64,000 nucleotides of DNA from Verrucomicrobiota bacterium (GCA_016871445.1 VHDH01000004.1:4435-68434); one strand, 5' to 3'; counted from the first letter of the stretch, positions 1 through 10,612 are shown. Notes: generated by a model from the sequence alone, not told the origin. A program made the numbers and translations.

Positions 1-85
1 TACCCGCGAGTGCGGTCTGCGGCACAGCCAAGGCATAACGCTGGCCCAGGGCTTCGCCGGACAGGAGATGCTCACGCGTGCTCAT
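1..85 (-). CDS. possible 5' end of a gene running off the left edge (28 codons visible)
   Basis: ATG at 85-83 (minus strand) opens a GC3-rich frame, MSTREHLLSGEALGQRYALAVPQTALAG, that runs to the window edge. No diagnostic motif. Confidence 0.2.
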   Translation of the reverse strand, partial: MSTREHLLSGEALGQRYALAVPQTALAG

Positions 86-273
86 GCGAAAAGGTGAGAA
101 AGTGGGAGGCCAGAGTCGCGGAAAGGAAAAAATTTCTCCCGCCCACGCCCTTCTCCTGGCTGACTAAGGGGTGCCGATAGATAAGTGTCCGGCGAATCAG
201 TCCGCGCTGGCAGTTTGCACCCAGCAACAGGGAATTCGCATTCATTCGGGTGGTTCGTAAGCGAGTTTGCAAT

Positions 274-1812
274 CTAAGACTGCGGCCGTGGGGTGACAGT
301 TTGGGCTTCGCTGGGGAGCGGCTGGAAGGCACGGCGTTGGGCGAAGAACCACTTCAGGTTTAACACCACACCAAGCGTTGCAAGCAGAAGCGCAAAGATG
401 AGATGGTAAGGAAAGGAAGAATGGTTAGTCATGACAAAGACGTTGAAGACATTGCCCAACTGCCGGTCTTGAAGCGCATCCCATGAGAGTTTGTTGAACA
501 AAAGCAGCACAAGGTTTGGCACAATGGCCCACAACGCAGCCAGCGCGAGGGCAATCATCGCGGCGACGATGGGCGAACGGTGGGCTAGAAAACGGCGGTG
601 AATTACGAGACCGAAAAGGGAATAGGCAAACACGTAAAGCAAGGTCGCGGAAAGATAAATGGTGGATAACTCTTTTATACTCGCCCGCCTGATGCGCCCA
701 CCGCCAAGCCAAGGTGACATCGAGTCGAGTACTGAACTCTGCGTCAGCACCCAAGTTGCCCCTATAGTGGTAGCGGCGAGCAACACGGTCCAGGCCAACC
801 CGCCCGCTGTGCCGCTATAAAAGAGAAACGCCAGCGCGCGCTTCGGGCCCGACTCGGGAATGGTGCGGCGAATACGAACGCTCTGATCGTCGCCCTCGGC
901 AATTGCGATGAGCAGTGCGAGGACGAGTAGGCCCGTGGTGAAAGCCGCCCACGCGACCACAGGCCCGGTGTGTGACTCGTTGACCGCCCACACCAAGGAC
1001 ACCGCCAATGTTACCAGCCAAGTACCTGTCACGTAGCTCCGCAGCGGCAGCGCGCGATTGGCTGACGGCGAGGAGATGAGCGCGATAGCTCCGAGGTGAA
1101 AAAAGCCAAACAGCAACAATCCGAAAAAAAACAGGCTCAGGGTTGGCCCCCAAAAGTTCCACGCTCCCAACCGACTACCGGCGCCCTCGCGCAGCAAATC
1201 ATACGAGAAGTTCGCCATCAAGCCGACTAACGCCATCATGACGCCGCCACCAGAAAACCCGACGAGGAGCTTCAGCCCCCTGCTCGTTGACAAGCACGAG
1301 AGGAAAATCGCCGCCTGTAAGGACAGGATTGACACAAGGAATGCCACGACCAGCAGCATGAAGACCGTCGGCAGGTCAATGCCGCGCAGCAGATTCGTGA
1401 AAACCATGAACGGCGCACACACGCTAAAAAACAACACCGTAAGATACACACCGCAAAGCAGCTTGCCCCGAATGATGCGCGCAGCAGACAGGGTAGTGAT
1501 GTAAAGCATATCCACATTACCCTCCTGTCGCTCCGCCATGAGCCGTCCGCCGACATAGAGCGGGATGAAGCTAAAGCTCACCACGCTTAAGATTGGCAGA
1601 AGGAACTGAAAAATATCCCGACCCAAAGCTTGGTTGGCATTTGATTGGATGGTCTGCCCGAGCAGATGAGAAACAACGACTAAAAACAAAATGCAAAGGA
1701 ACGCCAGTAGCACCCCCGTGACCGCCCAGCTCCGCACGGCTTGGCGAAGCTCTTTGACGACAATGGGATTAGGCTCCCAAGTGCGCCATTTGGAGAGAGT
1801 AAGAAAGTTCAT
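274..1812 (-). CDS. polytopic membrane protein, ABC-2-type permease-like
   Basis: 512 aa with about 12 hydrophobic segments. It lies 85 nt downstream of an ABC ATPase on the same strand. The N-terminus, NPIVVKELRQAVRSW followed by a TM, is typical of ABC-2 permeases. Confidence 0.7.
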   Translation of the reverse strand: MNFLTLSKWRTWEPNPIVVKELRQAVRSWAVTGVLLAFLCILFLVVVSHLLGQTIQSNANQALGRDIFQFLLPILSVVSFSFIPLYVGGRLMAERQEGNVDMLYITTLSAARIIRGKLLCGVYLTVLFFSVCAPFMVFTNLLRGIDLPTVFMLLVVAFLVSILSLQAAIFLSCLSTSRGLKLLVGFSGGGVMMALVGLMANFSYDLLREGAGSRLGAWNFWGPTLSLFFFGLLLFGFFHLGAIALISSPSANRALPLRSYVTGTWLVTLAVSLVWAVNESHTGPVVAWAAFTTGLLVLALLIAIAEGDDQSVRIRRTIPESGPKRALAFLFYSGTAGGLAWTVLLAATTIGATWVLTQSSVLDSMSPWLGGGRIRRASIKELSTIYLSATLLYVFAYSLFGLVIHRRFLAHRSPIVAAMIALALAALWAIVPNLVLLLFNKLSWDALQDRQLGNVFNVFVMTNHSSFPYHLIFALLLATLGVVLNLKWFFAQRRAFQPLPSEAQTVTPRPQS

Positions 1813-1897
1813 CGGGAAAGTGGCGAATGGCTAATTGCGTTGGGGGATGCTGGTCGGGAGCGCTTGGACTGTCGATTTGCTTGGCGCTGTTCGCTAT

Positions 1898-2827
1898 TCA
1901 CTGCACGCCGCCTTTGGTAACGTTCATGAAAATGTCCTCCAAATTCGCCTTGCTCTGCTTGAACTCGGCGATCTTGAAACCCTTGCCTACGAGTACTGCA
2001 AGCAGGTCGCAGCCGGCAGATAGCTCACCTTCCAATTCCAGCAACACCTCGCCGCCGACCTCACGGGCACTAACGACGTGTGGCGTTTGCAGGAGTTCTT
2101 TGACTAGGACGGACGGCTCGCCCAGCACACGAATGGCGAAGGCCCGGTGCGGCGTGCTCATTTTCAAGACCTCCGCCACGGTGCCGGACGCGAGTAGCTT
2201 GCCGCGCTCGACGATGACCACCCCGTTACAAATCTCCGTCAGCTCCGTGAGGATGTGCGAGCTGATGAGGATGGCTTTGTTCTGCGTGGCGAGGACGGTC
2301 AGCAACTCGCGTAACTCGACACGTGCCCGCGGGTCCAGTCCAGCGGCGGGTTCGTCGAGGATGAGTACGTCGGGGTTGTGGATGAGCGCGCGGCCCAGCG
2401 TGACGCGCTGCTTCATGCCCTTGGAGAGCGCCTTGAGATGCTTGTCGAGGATGCCCGTGACGCCGGTGAATTCCTCCACCGCACCAACCGCCTCGCGCCG
2501 CTTCGCGCCCTGCAAGCCGTAAGCCCGCCCGTAGAAATCCAGATACTCGTGCACGGTTACGTCGTTGTGCGCGGGCAGCGAATCGGGCACGTAGCCGACC
2601 ATGCGGCGCGCATACTCCGGTTCCTCGCGCACGGAGACGCCGTTGATTAGCACGTCGCCCGCAGTCGGCTCCTCGAGCGTGGCGATGACGCGCATCGTGG
2701 TGGTCTTGCCCGCCCCGTTCGGCCCAACGAACCCGAAGACGTGGCCGTTGTCGAAGGAGAACGTGAAGTTGTCCACCGCGACGGTTTTACCGAAGCGTTT
2801 GTGGAGGTTGCGAACTTGAACCTTCAT
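1898..2827 (-). CDS. ABC transporter ATP-binding protein (ABC-2/NatA-like)
   Basis: Walker A GPNGAGKTT, signature LSKGMKQR, Walker B LILDEP. Start trimmed from a TTG at 2866 to the ATG at 2827 (MKVQVRNLHKRFG). Confidence 0.93.
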   Translation of the reverse strand: MKVQVRNLHKRFGKTVAVDNFTFSFDNGHVFGFVGPNGAGKTTTMRVIATLEEPTAGDVLINGVSVREEPEYARRMVGYVPDSLPAHNDVTVHEYLDFYGRAYGLQGAKRREAVGAVEEFTGVTGILDKHLKALSKGMKQRVTLGRALIHNPDVLILDEPAAGLDPRARVELRELLTVLATQNKAILISSHILTELTEICNGVVIVERGKLLASGTVAEVLKMSTPHRAFAIRVLGEPSVLVKELLQTPHVVSAREVGGEVLLELEGELSAGCDLLAVLVGKGFKIAEFKQSKANLEDIFMNVTKGGVQ

Positions 2828-3101
2828 GAAAAACGCGGGGTAAAGAACGAGAATTGCAGAGTGCAACGCGCGCGAGCGCAGCTGACCGCAAAATGCCGCC
2901 CAGGGGACATGCTACGTCGCCTCTCATTACCCCGGCTCGCTCCCTGAAGAGAGAGCGCATAGCAGCTATTCTTTAACGAAGAAGAGTGCGCGGGTTTTGT
3001 GGATGCGGGGTAGGTTTCGTCCTGCTCCAAAGGGAGCGGGCCGTGATCGGGGTGAAGAGATAAGACACGCCCCAGCGCCCTCAAATGGAAAAGGCCCTGC
3101 T

Positions 3102-5411
3102 TCACTTCACGTCCTCCGAGGCGAGCACACCGATAATGGTTTGCCGGGCGCGAGTGTGACCGGGCTTGGCAAGACCTACCTCGATGAATGGGGCTTCAGC
3201 CATGACGGCGAGGTAAGTGCGATTTCCGAGGTAAGTATCTGGGCCAGTGACCAAGGCATCATGTGCTGCGATCCACGACCCGTGGTAAAGGCCAGATAAT
3301 TTATCTGGCAGCGGATTAATTGAGGCACCTCCTGCGTGTAACGCCAGTGTCGCATTTTGTCCCGCTTTCAACCCTTCGCCCTTGAACAGCCGCCCATTTT
3401 CATCGCGCAGCCAGAGCGTCAGGATGTCCCCACCGAGGCCATTGAGCACGTTTACGCGGCCGTCGGCTTGGCGCTGGACTTGCAGGCGCTCGCGGCGCGT
3501 CTCGGATTTGCGGAGCGCGAAGTGCGCTGGGACGCGCGCCGTGACCCAGCCGCGCGTGAGGTGCTGGGCTTGCGACAACTCCAATTCGCGCGCGTTACCG
3601 CCATTGTAGAGGTCAACATCCACGAGCGGCGTAACCTCAGTGTCGTGACTGTACCGGAAGCCGTCGCCAGGCGTAAGAGGCGTGTAGAACGCCTGCCGTG
3701 CGAGCGTGGTAGCACGGTGCGCGGCTTGGTCGAGAAACGTCACCGCCTCCGTGCGCGTGGTGGGCGTGATACCCTCGCTCATCAGCGTGTAACCAAAGAC
3801 AATGGCGCAGGTTACGAAAGAAATCAGTGGGATGGTCCAGAGCATGGCGATGCGGCGGTTGGCGCGAGCGCAAAAGAAGAGGTTAAGCGGTCCGACGATG
3901 AGGATGAATGCTAGCATGATAAACACGATGCCACGCACGGGGATGCGGGTATCCTCAATGACGGGGAACTCGGTATTCGCGCCGGATTCTTTGGGCATGG
4001 ACTGCCAGACTTGACCAGATTCTTGGGCTATCTGTCGCATAGCATCCACTTGAGCGCGGTCCAATAGCGCGATTGAAGGCGAACTCAGGAGGAGGTATTG
4101 GCCAAACCCGGCAACGAACCGTAGAGCGCCGGCATTACGAGGGAAGACGTCACGTTTTATGGCGCTGCTGAGCCACGCATTTGGCAACTCCGCCTGTCCA
4201 AGCACAGCCAACCCTCCGCCCGATTCCACATAACTTCGCAGCGCGTTTTGCTGCGCCGCGTTCATCGCCGCTAGATCGCCGCGCGCGAGTACCACCAAGT
4301 CAAAGCACGTATAAGCCAGCCATGATTCGCTCCAGCTCGCTGCCTCTAACTCACTCCGCAGCACCGTTGGCCCGTCATACGCGGTAGAGCTGGTGCTTGA
4401 CGAGAACCGCGTCGCATACGTGCTGCTCGCACGCGCGTCCGCAGCGAACGTGCTGGTGGAGCCGTCGTTTAACTCCACAGCGTCCACGCTGACCATCCCG
4501 CCGGAGCTGCCCGCATCCACGTTCAACCGCACGGTGGCTACCGCGTTGGTGAGCAAGGGCAACGGCACGGCGAGGATGCTCAAAGTGAAGCTGCGGTTGA
4601 CCGCGTTGGTGATGGGCAGGGTGGCCAACTCCATTCCGTCAGCGGCTTTGAGCACGACGCTCTTGAATGCTTGGTCCCAAGCCAGCTTGTGAATGCGAAG
4701 GCTCTTTGCGCCGGTGCGCGCCGGCTTGAAATCCACTTCCAGCCACTCCGGACCAGGCGCACCGACGCGGTCAGGGGACCAAGCCTGCGCTGACATGCCG
4801 CTCAAGCGAGAGCCAACATTGGGAGCACCGGTTGCTTGCGCGGCCGTGTAATTTCCCCTTGTTATCTTGAGGGACGCTCCGCCCTTAAAGGCCTTGTCCA
4901 AGTCATCGCTGTTTAAGCTGCGGCTCACGAGCACCGCGCGCGGGCCACCGGGGATGCCTGAGTGCGCGTGCCGCTGCATGTGCTGATTATTGCCGCTGCG
5001 CGTGACCGTCCCGCGAAACCGCCCATCCACGAGGACGTCCACCTGATTGTCGCCGTTGAGCAAGAGCGGCGGCTGCCAGAGGGTGATATTGACCGTGGTG
5101 CCGGGGCTGACGGTCACGGTGCGCTCGACGCGCCGAAGGTTATTACCAGATCCGTAAGCCTTATGCGGTGCGACAAGCGTGACGCGGCGAGTGCGGTCGG
5201 GGGATTGATTCTCCACCATGAAGCGCATCTCCACGTAGCCGTGGTAGGTCTGGCCTTGGAAGAAAACCTGCGGGGATACCACCACGTCATCAAACCGCTC
5301 CGCTGCGCTGACCACATGAGCGAGGACGTAAACCAACGAAAAAATTGCTACCCAATACGCCGGTCTGACGAAAGTGACAAAGCGGAGGTTCCTTGAAAAG
5401 GCGTTTACCAT
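3102..5411 (-). CDS. large membrane protein with a discoidin-like (galactose-binding-like) segment and a GATase1-like/DUF4159-like segment
   Basis: 770 aa from ATG 5411 (MVNAFSRNLRFVTFVRPAYWVAIFSLVYVL, an N-terminal TM). It contains PEWLEVDFKPARTGAKSLRI, resembling the W-[IL]-x-V-D-[LF] core of F5/8 type C domains. LVVLARGDL...YVESGGGLAVLG is followed by 2-3 further TMs. Confidence 0.75.
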   Translation of the reverse strand: MVNAFSRNLRFVTFVRPAYWVAIFSLVYVLAHVVSAAERFDDVVVSPQVFFQGQTYHGYVEMRFMVENQSPDRTRRVTLVAPHKAYGSGNNLRRVERTVTVSPGTTVNITLWQPPLLLNGDNQVDVLVDGRFRGTVTRSGNNQHMQRHAHSGIPGGPRAVLVSRSLNSDDLDKAFKGGASLKITRGNYTAAQATGAPNVGSRLSGMSAQAWSPDRVGAPGPEWLEVDFKPARTGAKSLRIHKLAWDQAFKSVVLKAADGMELATLPITNAVNRSFTLSILAVPLPLLTNAVATVRLNVDAGSSGGMVSVDAVELNDGSTSTFAADARASSTYATRFSSSTSSTAYDGPTVLRSELEAASWSESWLAYTCFDLVVLARGDLAAMNAAQQNALRSYVESGGGLAVLGQAELPNAWLSSAIKRDVFPRNAGALRFVAGFGQYLLLSSPSIALLDRAQVDAMRQIAQESGQVWQSMPKESGANTEFPVIEDTRIPVRGIVFIMLAFILIVGPLNLFFCARANRRIAMLWTIPLISFVTCAIVFGYTLMSEGITPTTRTEAVTFLDQAAHRATTLARQAFYTPLTPGDGFRYSHDTEVTPLVDVDLYNGGNARELELSQAQHLTRGWVTARVPAHFALRKSETRRERLQVQRQADGRVNVLNGLGGDILTLWLRDENGRLFKGEGLKAGQNATLALHAGGASINPLPDKLSGLYHGSWIAAHDALVTGPDTYLGNRTYLAVMAEAPFIEVGLAKPGHTRARQTIIGVLASEDVK

Positions 5412-5526
5412 TTGGTGTTGAGAATCTGCGAAGGCATTGAGCCGGAAAATTAAGCAAGGGGTCAATGAGAAGATGCGTGAATGCACACGCGGGCCATTTT
5501 TTGCTGCGGCTCGCGCTCCACAAGGC

Positions 5527-6348
5527 TCAACGAATGGTAAGTTTGGTTGAAGATAGAGAGCCGCTGCGGTTCCTGGCCCGCGTTTGCTCTAACAGCCATG
5601 TGTAGAGCGCGTCGGTGCCGTAGGCGTCATCCCAACAGTTGTGGCCCACGCCGGGATATTCCGTATATTTCGCATTCGCACCGGCCATGGTGAGTGCCTC
5701 GTGCATGGTGCGATTTGCCTTCACCGTGCTTTCCCGATCCTTGTCGCCGCAGAAATTCCAGATCGGCAATCGCGCGGCGGCGAACTTCGCCGCGTTCGCC
5801 GTGTCCGGCCCTGAGCACATCGGCACAATGGCCGCCCACGCGGACGGATCCTTCGCCGCGATGCTCCAAGTGCCGCTGCCGCCCATCGAGAGGCCGGTGA
5901 GGTAAACGCGATCAGGATCGGTGCTGAACTCTTTTTCTATCTGCCGTAGCATTGCCAAGGCCCACTTCGCATCGGGCCCCTCAGCGAGCCAGTTCGATCC
6001 GGTGCGGCACTGCGGAATGACGGTAACAAATGGAAAGGTGCTTTTTCGCTTCCAGATCGCTGGCCCGATACCGACCATGGTTGGGTCAATGTTGTTCGTG
6101 CCCCGCTCACCCGCTCCGTGGAGGAAGAGCATCACCGGCGGCTGGCTGCCCGACTCGTATCTCGCAGGCACGAAGATGACAAAGGGGTGCTGCTTTCCTT
6201 GCATATCGGTAAAAACGCGATGCTGAAACCCACGCGCCAAGGCAGGTTTAGCGGCAGCCGGCGTAGGCAACTCGGTGACCGACGAACAACCAACAAGAAA
6301 CGCGGTACCCATGACTGCAAACGCAACGCCATGTAAAACGGGCTTCAT
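5527..6348 (-). CDS. alpha/beta-hydrolase esterase lipoprotein (phospholipase/carboxylesterase or PHB-depolymerase-like)
   Basis: Lipobox signal MKPVLHGVAFAVMGTAFLVGCSS, nucleophile elbow GLSMGG, C-terminal GVGHNCW. Start trimmed to ATG 6348. Confidence 0.8.
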   Translation of the reverse strand: MKPVLHGVAFAVMGTAFLVGCSSVTELPTPAAAKPALARGFQHRVFTDMQGKQHPFVIFVPARYESGSQPPVMLFLHGAGERGTNNIDPTMVGIGPAIWKRKSTFPFVTVIPQCRTGSNWLAEGPDAKWALAMLRQIEKEFSTDPDRVYLTGLSMGGSGTWSIAAKDPSAWAAIVPMCSGPDTANAAKFAAARLPIWNFCGDKDRESTVKANRTMHEALTMAGANAKYTEYPGVGHNCWDDAYGTDALYTWLLEQTRARNRSGSLSSTKLTIR

Positions 6349-6461
6349 GTATTGAACGCTGAATAAGCCTTCCCGCTGAGGCAAGTTGGAAAGTTCAATC
6401 GCAATGGCTGCCCAAACATTCGCGTCACGCATCGCACTTAGGACGACGGAGTCTCTCGCGT

Positions 6462-8531
6462 TTACCTTCGCAGGTGCTGGTCCAGAAAATTGTATGCCAC
6501 TTTGCGGGCATCCTCGGGAAAAGCGTGCGGGCCTTTGGGGTAATAGCCAACCAAGTCCCCTGCCCTGCCGTGAAGTTCATAAACTTTGCGCGCGGCTTCA
6601 AGGACGTCGCGCACGCCAGAAACGTCAAAATCACTGTCGCCTTCAGCCGAGCAGGTGAGAAAAGGCCGCGGAGCAAAAGCGGCGACAATTTCCGGAAAGT
6701 CGAAGGGCACCTTCGCGGCATCGTTACCAAATTCCCCAGCGATGCGCGGCATGTAGACCTTACCGGTCCAACTCGGCAGGTCGTCCTTACGGAAGGTGGT
6801 AAAGCCGCAGCTAGACACAATGACGCGCAGGCGCGGCTCGAAGACAGCGGTGAACATGGCGTTGTGCCCGCCGAGCGAATGGCCGATGACGCCGAGGCGC
6901 GCAGCGTCCACCTCAGGGAGTGATTCAAGTAGGTCCACGGCGCGAACATTGTCCCAGATGGCTTTCATGGTACCACTGGCATAGCCGTGACGCGGGTGGA
7001 AGTCGTATTTGGAATCACCAAAGCTCGGATAGTCGGGCGCGAAGGTCACGTAGCCGCGTTGAGCAAGGTGGAGGGCATATTGCTTGGGGTTTTCCACAAG
7101 GCCAGCGGACTCGGCCTTACCCAGCCTGGCGGTCTGATGCAGGCAGAGTACGGCGGGTAGTTTTGCCTTGGCGGTTGCTTCGGGGAGGAAAAGGTAAGCG
7201 GCGACGCGGTCGGTGGCGTCACTCTGATAGGTCAGCTTACGGCGGAGCAAACCACCTTCGAGCTTCACTTCTTCCAGCACTTTCACGTCAAGGGCGACGC
7301 GCTTGGCGGGATTCGGAAAAGTTCCCATCACGCGCTCTAACGCAGGGAGGATGTGTCGGCGGCGTGATTCCCAATCAGCCACTGACTTAGCCGAAGTGAT
7401 CTTGCCGTCTGTGCCATTGACACGCAACACGTCGAAACGATCCGGATAACTCGGCGCCCCGGGCGCTGGCTCGAAGCGGCCAACGGGAAAGCCTCGCGCA
7501 TAAGAGATGACAAATGCGCCGTCAGTCGTGGGGTAACGAATGTCTTCGCGCCGCTCGAAGTCAGTGAGTGTCTTGCGTTCCAGCGCGTCGGCGCTGTCGG
7601 CACGGAGAAATTTTCCGGCGACATGGCCGGGGATGAGCGTACGATTGCCCAGCGCGTGGCCGGTGGTGGTGAAGACTTTGCCGTCCACCATTTCCTTCGT
7701 GACCCATACGGGCATGATATCGAGACCAGCGCGCATCATGTTGGCGGCCATTTCTTGGCCGTCGCCGAGGCAGGTTTTGTCGTCGAGGCCGTGGACAGAA
7801 AAGATCTTCGCCGTAGATCCAAGTCGCTTCATTTCGGCAAGGTGCGCCGGATGGCCCACAAACCGAATCTCCTGCGCACCGGCCGTGAGAAAGCTGGCGC
7901 TGGCGGGTTCACGGCTCCAGCGAGCGTTGAGGCCATTGGCGGCGGGGAGGTTGTAAGCCAGCGCATCGCTGAGCTTTTTCATTCCGCACATGTCTACTAC
8001 GGCCGTGAAAGTACGCGGGGCGAGCTTGTTCGCCATGAGCGTTACGTTGCCGCCGCCCGAACCGCCCGTGGCAAAGAGGCGGCCTCTCGCGAAGGGGATC
8101 TTGGCCGAGTCGAGTTCATGAAAGACCAACCACAGCGCACGCAGAGCGTCGAGGCCTTGCAGCCAGCCAAAGTCATATGGCTCCGGGCCTTCAATGGAAT
8201 CTTTCGGTCCGCTTTGGAGGTAATTCACGCAAAGCGCGACGCAGTTGAACTCGCGAGCCAGCGCAACTGGGTTAGCCGTGCCGGCGCAATCGGTGCCGCC
8301 CCAGTTGTGCAACGTGAGGAAAATACCCGTCCGCGGCCTAATGCTCCCGCGCGTGCCGTCGGGATAACTTATCAACACGCGTACCTCGCGTGCGCCAGGA
8401 CGCGCCGGCCATTCTTGCGCCGGGATCACAACAGGACCATCGCGCTCGGGCAGCTTGGGCCATGGAACTTCAGCGGCTGACAACCCTAGGCCCATCAAGG
8501 CCACGGCAAGAACAACAACTAGTCGGTGCAC
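6462..8531 (-). CDS. secreted two-domain alpha/beta hydrolase (C-terminal dienelactone-hydrolase/acetyl-esterase-like)
   Basis: GTG start, signal MHRLVVVLAVALMGLGLSAAE. The N-half carries GGSGGG and the C-half carries GHSLGG. Confidence 0.8.
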   Translation of the reverse strand: MHRLVVVLAVALMGLGLSAAEVPWPKLPERDGPVVIPAQEWPARPGAREVRVLISYPDGTRGSIRPRTGIFLTLHNWGGTDCAGTANPVALAREFNCVALCVNYLQSGPKDSIEGPEPYDFGWLQGLDALRALWLVFHELDSAKIPFARGRLFATGGSGGGNVTLMANKLAPRTFTAVVDMCGMKKLSDALAYNLPAANGLNARWSREPASASFLTAGAQEIRFVGHPAHLAEMKRLGSTAKIFSVHGLDDKTCLGDGQEMAANMMRAGLDIMPVWVTKEMVDGKVFTTTGHALGNRTLIPGHVAGKFLRADSADALERKTLTDFERREDIRYPTTDGAFVISYARGFPVGRFEPAPGAPSYPDRFDVLRVNGTDGKITSAKSVADWESRRRHILPALERVMGTFPNPAKRVALDVKVLEEVKLEGGLLRRKLTYQSDATDRVAAYLFLPEATAKAKLPAVLCLHQTARLGKAESAGLVENPKQYALHLAQRGYVTFAPDYPSFGDSKYDFHPRHGYASGTMKAIWDNVRAVDLLESLPEVDAARLGVIGHSLGGHNAMFTAVFEPRLRVIVSSCGFTTFRKDDLPSWTGKVYMPRIAGEFGNDAAKVPFDFPEIVAAFAPRPFLTCSAEGDSDFDVSGVRDVLEAARKVYELHGRAGDLVGYYPKGPHAFPEDARKVAYNFLDQHLRR

Positions 8532-8597
8532 GACCGCAGCATGGGAAGTCTAGAACCGTTTGGCAACCGCCCGTGAGTCAGAGCGAGCGCCGAGCGG

Positions 8598-9407
8598 TCA
8601 AATCTCCACGCGGCCGTTAAAGACAAAGTCCGCCGGGCCGTTGAGCTGCACGTCGGAGAAGCCTTCGCCAACGGTGTTAAATGCGACCTCCAGCGTATCG
8701 CCGCCTTGCACTTGCACCTTGATGGGCGAGGTAAAACCGTGGACGCGGGCCGAAATCATCGCCGCCGCGCTGACGCCGGTGCCGCAGGCTAACGTCTCGC
8801 CCTCGACACCGCGCTCGTAGGTGCGCACGCGAATGTGATTCGGTCCGAGCACCTGCGCGAAGTTGACGTTGGTCCCCTTGGGTTTGAAGTGCGCATGGTA
8901 ACGAACCTCTGCCCCGACCTGATTGACCATTGCCCCGGTGGCGTCCGGAACAAAGATCACAGCGTGTGGTACGCCGGTGTTAAGCGAGTGGATAGCCGTT
9001 GCCCCGCCAGCTAGCGGCACGGACTCGGCCAAGCGCAGGCTGTGCGGCGGGGTGAGGTTCACGGTCACGCGTGCGCCGTGGAAGTTCGCAGTGATGACGC
9101 CCGCGACGGTCTCAAAGGTCAGCGCACCCGGCGCGCCCGTAAGCCGCTGGATGTACCGGGCAAAGCAGCGTGCTCCATTACCACACATCTCGGCACGGCT
9201 GCCGTCGCTATTCCAAAATTCCCACGCCCAATCAGCCTTTCCCGAGGCGCACGGCACTAGGAGCATCAGTCCGTCGGCCCCGATACCGCGCTGACGGTGG
9301 CAGAGGCGCGCAACCTGCTCGGACGTGATCTGGATGTGGCTGGTGCGGTTATCCGCGAGGATGAAGTCGTTGCCCGCTCCGTTCATTTTGGTGAATTCCA
9401 AAATCAT
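8598..9407 (-). CDS. dapF: diaminopimelate epimerase
   Basis: N-terminal FTKMNGAGNDFI, catalytic-Cys motifs MCGNGARC and ACGTGVSA. Start trimmed to ATG 9407 (MILEFTKMNG). Confidence 0.9.
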   Translation of the reverse strand: MILEFTKMNGAGNDFILADNRTSHIQITSEQVARLCHRQRGIGADGLMLLVPCASGKADWAWEFWNSDGSRAEMCGNGARCFARYIQRLTGAPGALTFETVAGVITANFHGARVTVNLTPPHSLRLAESVPLAGGATAIHSLNTGVPHAVIFVPDATGAMVNQVGAEVRYHAHFKPKGTNVNFAQVLGPNHIRVRTYERGVEGETLACGTGVSAAAMISARVHGFTSPIKVQVQGGDTLEVAFNTVGEGFSDVQLNGPADFVFNGRVEI

Positions 9408-9454
9408 GAAACGCGAAGGTAACGGCCATGCACGGCGGCGCAAGCGCGGAACGA

Positions 9455-10612
9455 CTAACTCAGCAAAGCTTTCGCTAACGCCGCGAGCTGCGCGCGGGTG
9501 TGCTCACTGCTAATCACGAGGCGGAAGTAGCCGCCCTCCGGACCACCGGGGTAACGAATTAGTGGCGGGTGTATGCCAGCAGCAACAAGACGGCGCTTAA
9601 GTTGCGCCGCTTCGGCAGGCGATCGCGGGATTACGGGGACGATGGGCCCGGGCGCATCAGGCAAGGTCAGACCGCCAGCCCGCAAGCGGGCTTTGAGCCA
9701 GACCGCGTTCGCATGAAGCCGTGTCTGCATCTGCGGCTTCGTTCGGAAGACACGTAACGATGCTATCGCTCCTGCGGCCAATGGCAGCGGCACGGGCGTA
9801 GCGCCCGTGAAACAACGGCTCTTGGTCAGAACCGCTTCTGCCACGGCGCACGAGCCGAGGATCGCTCCGCCGAACGCGCCGAAAGCCTTACTTAAAGTCA
9901 CGGTTTGGATCACGCGTTCGTCCTGTACCCCGCAATGCGACGGCGTCCCCTGCCCTGCCCGACCAAGCACCCCCGCACCGTGGGCGTCATCCACAAGCAG
10001 CGCGGCGCGCGTGGGCAACACAGCGAGATAATCCGCGAGCGGGGCAACCGAGCCGTCGTGCGAAAACATACCATCGGTGAAGACAAATGGTCGCGCACTC
10101 CGGCCCAGTCTGCGTAGTTGCTGACGAAAGCTCGCCCCGTCGCGATGGGCAAAGTGCACGATCTTCGCGCCGAGCAGTTCCGCCGCATCTGCCAAGCACG
10201 AATGCGAGCGTGCATCCATCAGCACATGACTGAACTCGCCTCGAAACGCCTGCGCGACGGCGAGGTTGGTCATGTAACCGTTGTCCACCAGCACAGCACG
10301 TTGGGCGTGAAAGAACTTAGCCAACTCACGCTCAAGCTGCTCGTAGAGGGCATGGTTACCCGTGGTTTTGCGTGAGGAAGCGACGTTTAGCCCATAATTT
10401 TGCAACCCGCGCCGCACCGCTGCGAGCACCCGCGGGTGGCTGGCCAGCCGATAATAATCACACCCTGCGAAATACAATAGCCGCTGACCGCGCCAGCGGA
10501 CGAAAACGCGGTCAACTTGCTGCAACGGGTCAGCGATATGGTTCACGATCGACGACATTTTAGCGGACGCTAGCCGAGCTGTCCAATCCGCGCGCTTCTC
10601 CACGGTTGACAT
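9455..10612 (-). CDS. PLP-dependent alpha-oxoamine synthase family enzyme (BioF/Kbl-like)
   Basis: TLSKAFG PLP-lysine motif, DDAHG, and class-II aminotransferase layout. The start is ambiguous between ATGs at 10612 and 10558. Confidence 0.8.
   Translation of the reverse strand: MSTVEKRADWTARLASAKMSSIVNHIADPLQQVDRVFVRWRGQRLLYFAGCDYYRLASHPRVLAAVRRGLQNYGLNVASSRKTTGNHALYEQLERELAKFFHAQRAVLVDNGYMTNLAVAQAFRGEFSHVLMDARSHSCLADAAELLGAKIVHFAHRDGASFRQQLRRLGRSARPFVFTDGMFSHDGSVAPLADYLAVLPTRAALLVDDAHGAGVLGRAGQGTPSHCGVQDERVIQTVTLSKAFGAFGGAILGSCAVAEAVLTKSRCFTGATPVPLPLAAGAIASLRVFRTKPQMQTRLHANAVWLKARLRAGGLTLPDAPGPIVPVIPRSPAEAAQLKRRLVAAGIHPPLIRYPGGPEGGYFRLVISSEHTRAQLAALAKALLS

Noticed and set aside
72-332. 86-aa minus-strand ORF at the left end
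   Set aside because: It overlaps the 3' end of the permease gene, is Arg/Leu-rich, and has no motif. The short open frame from ATG 85 to the window edge is a slightly better, still weak, candidate.
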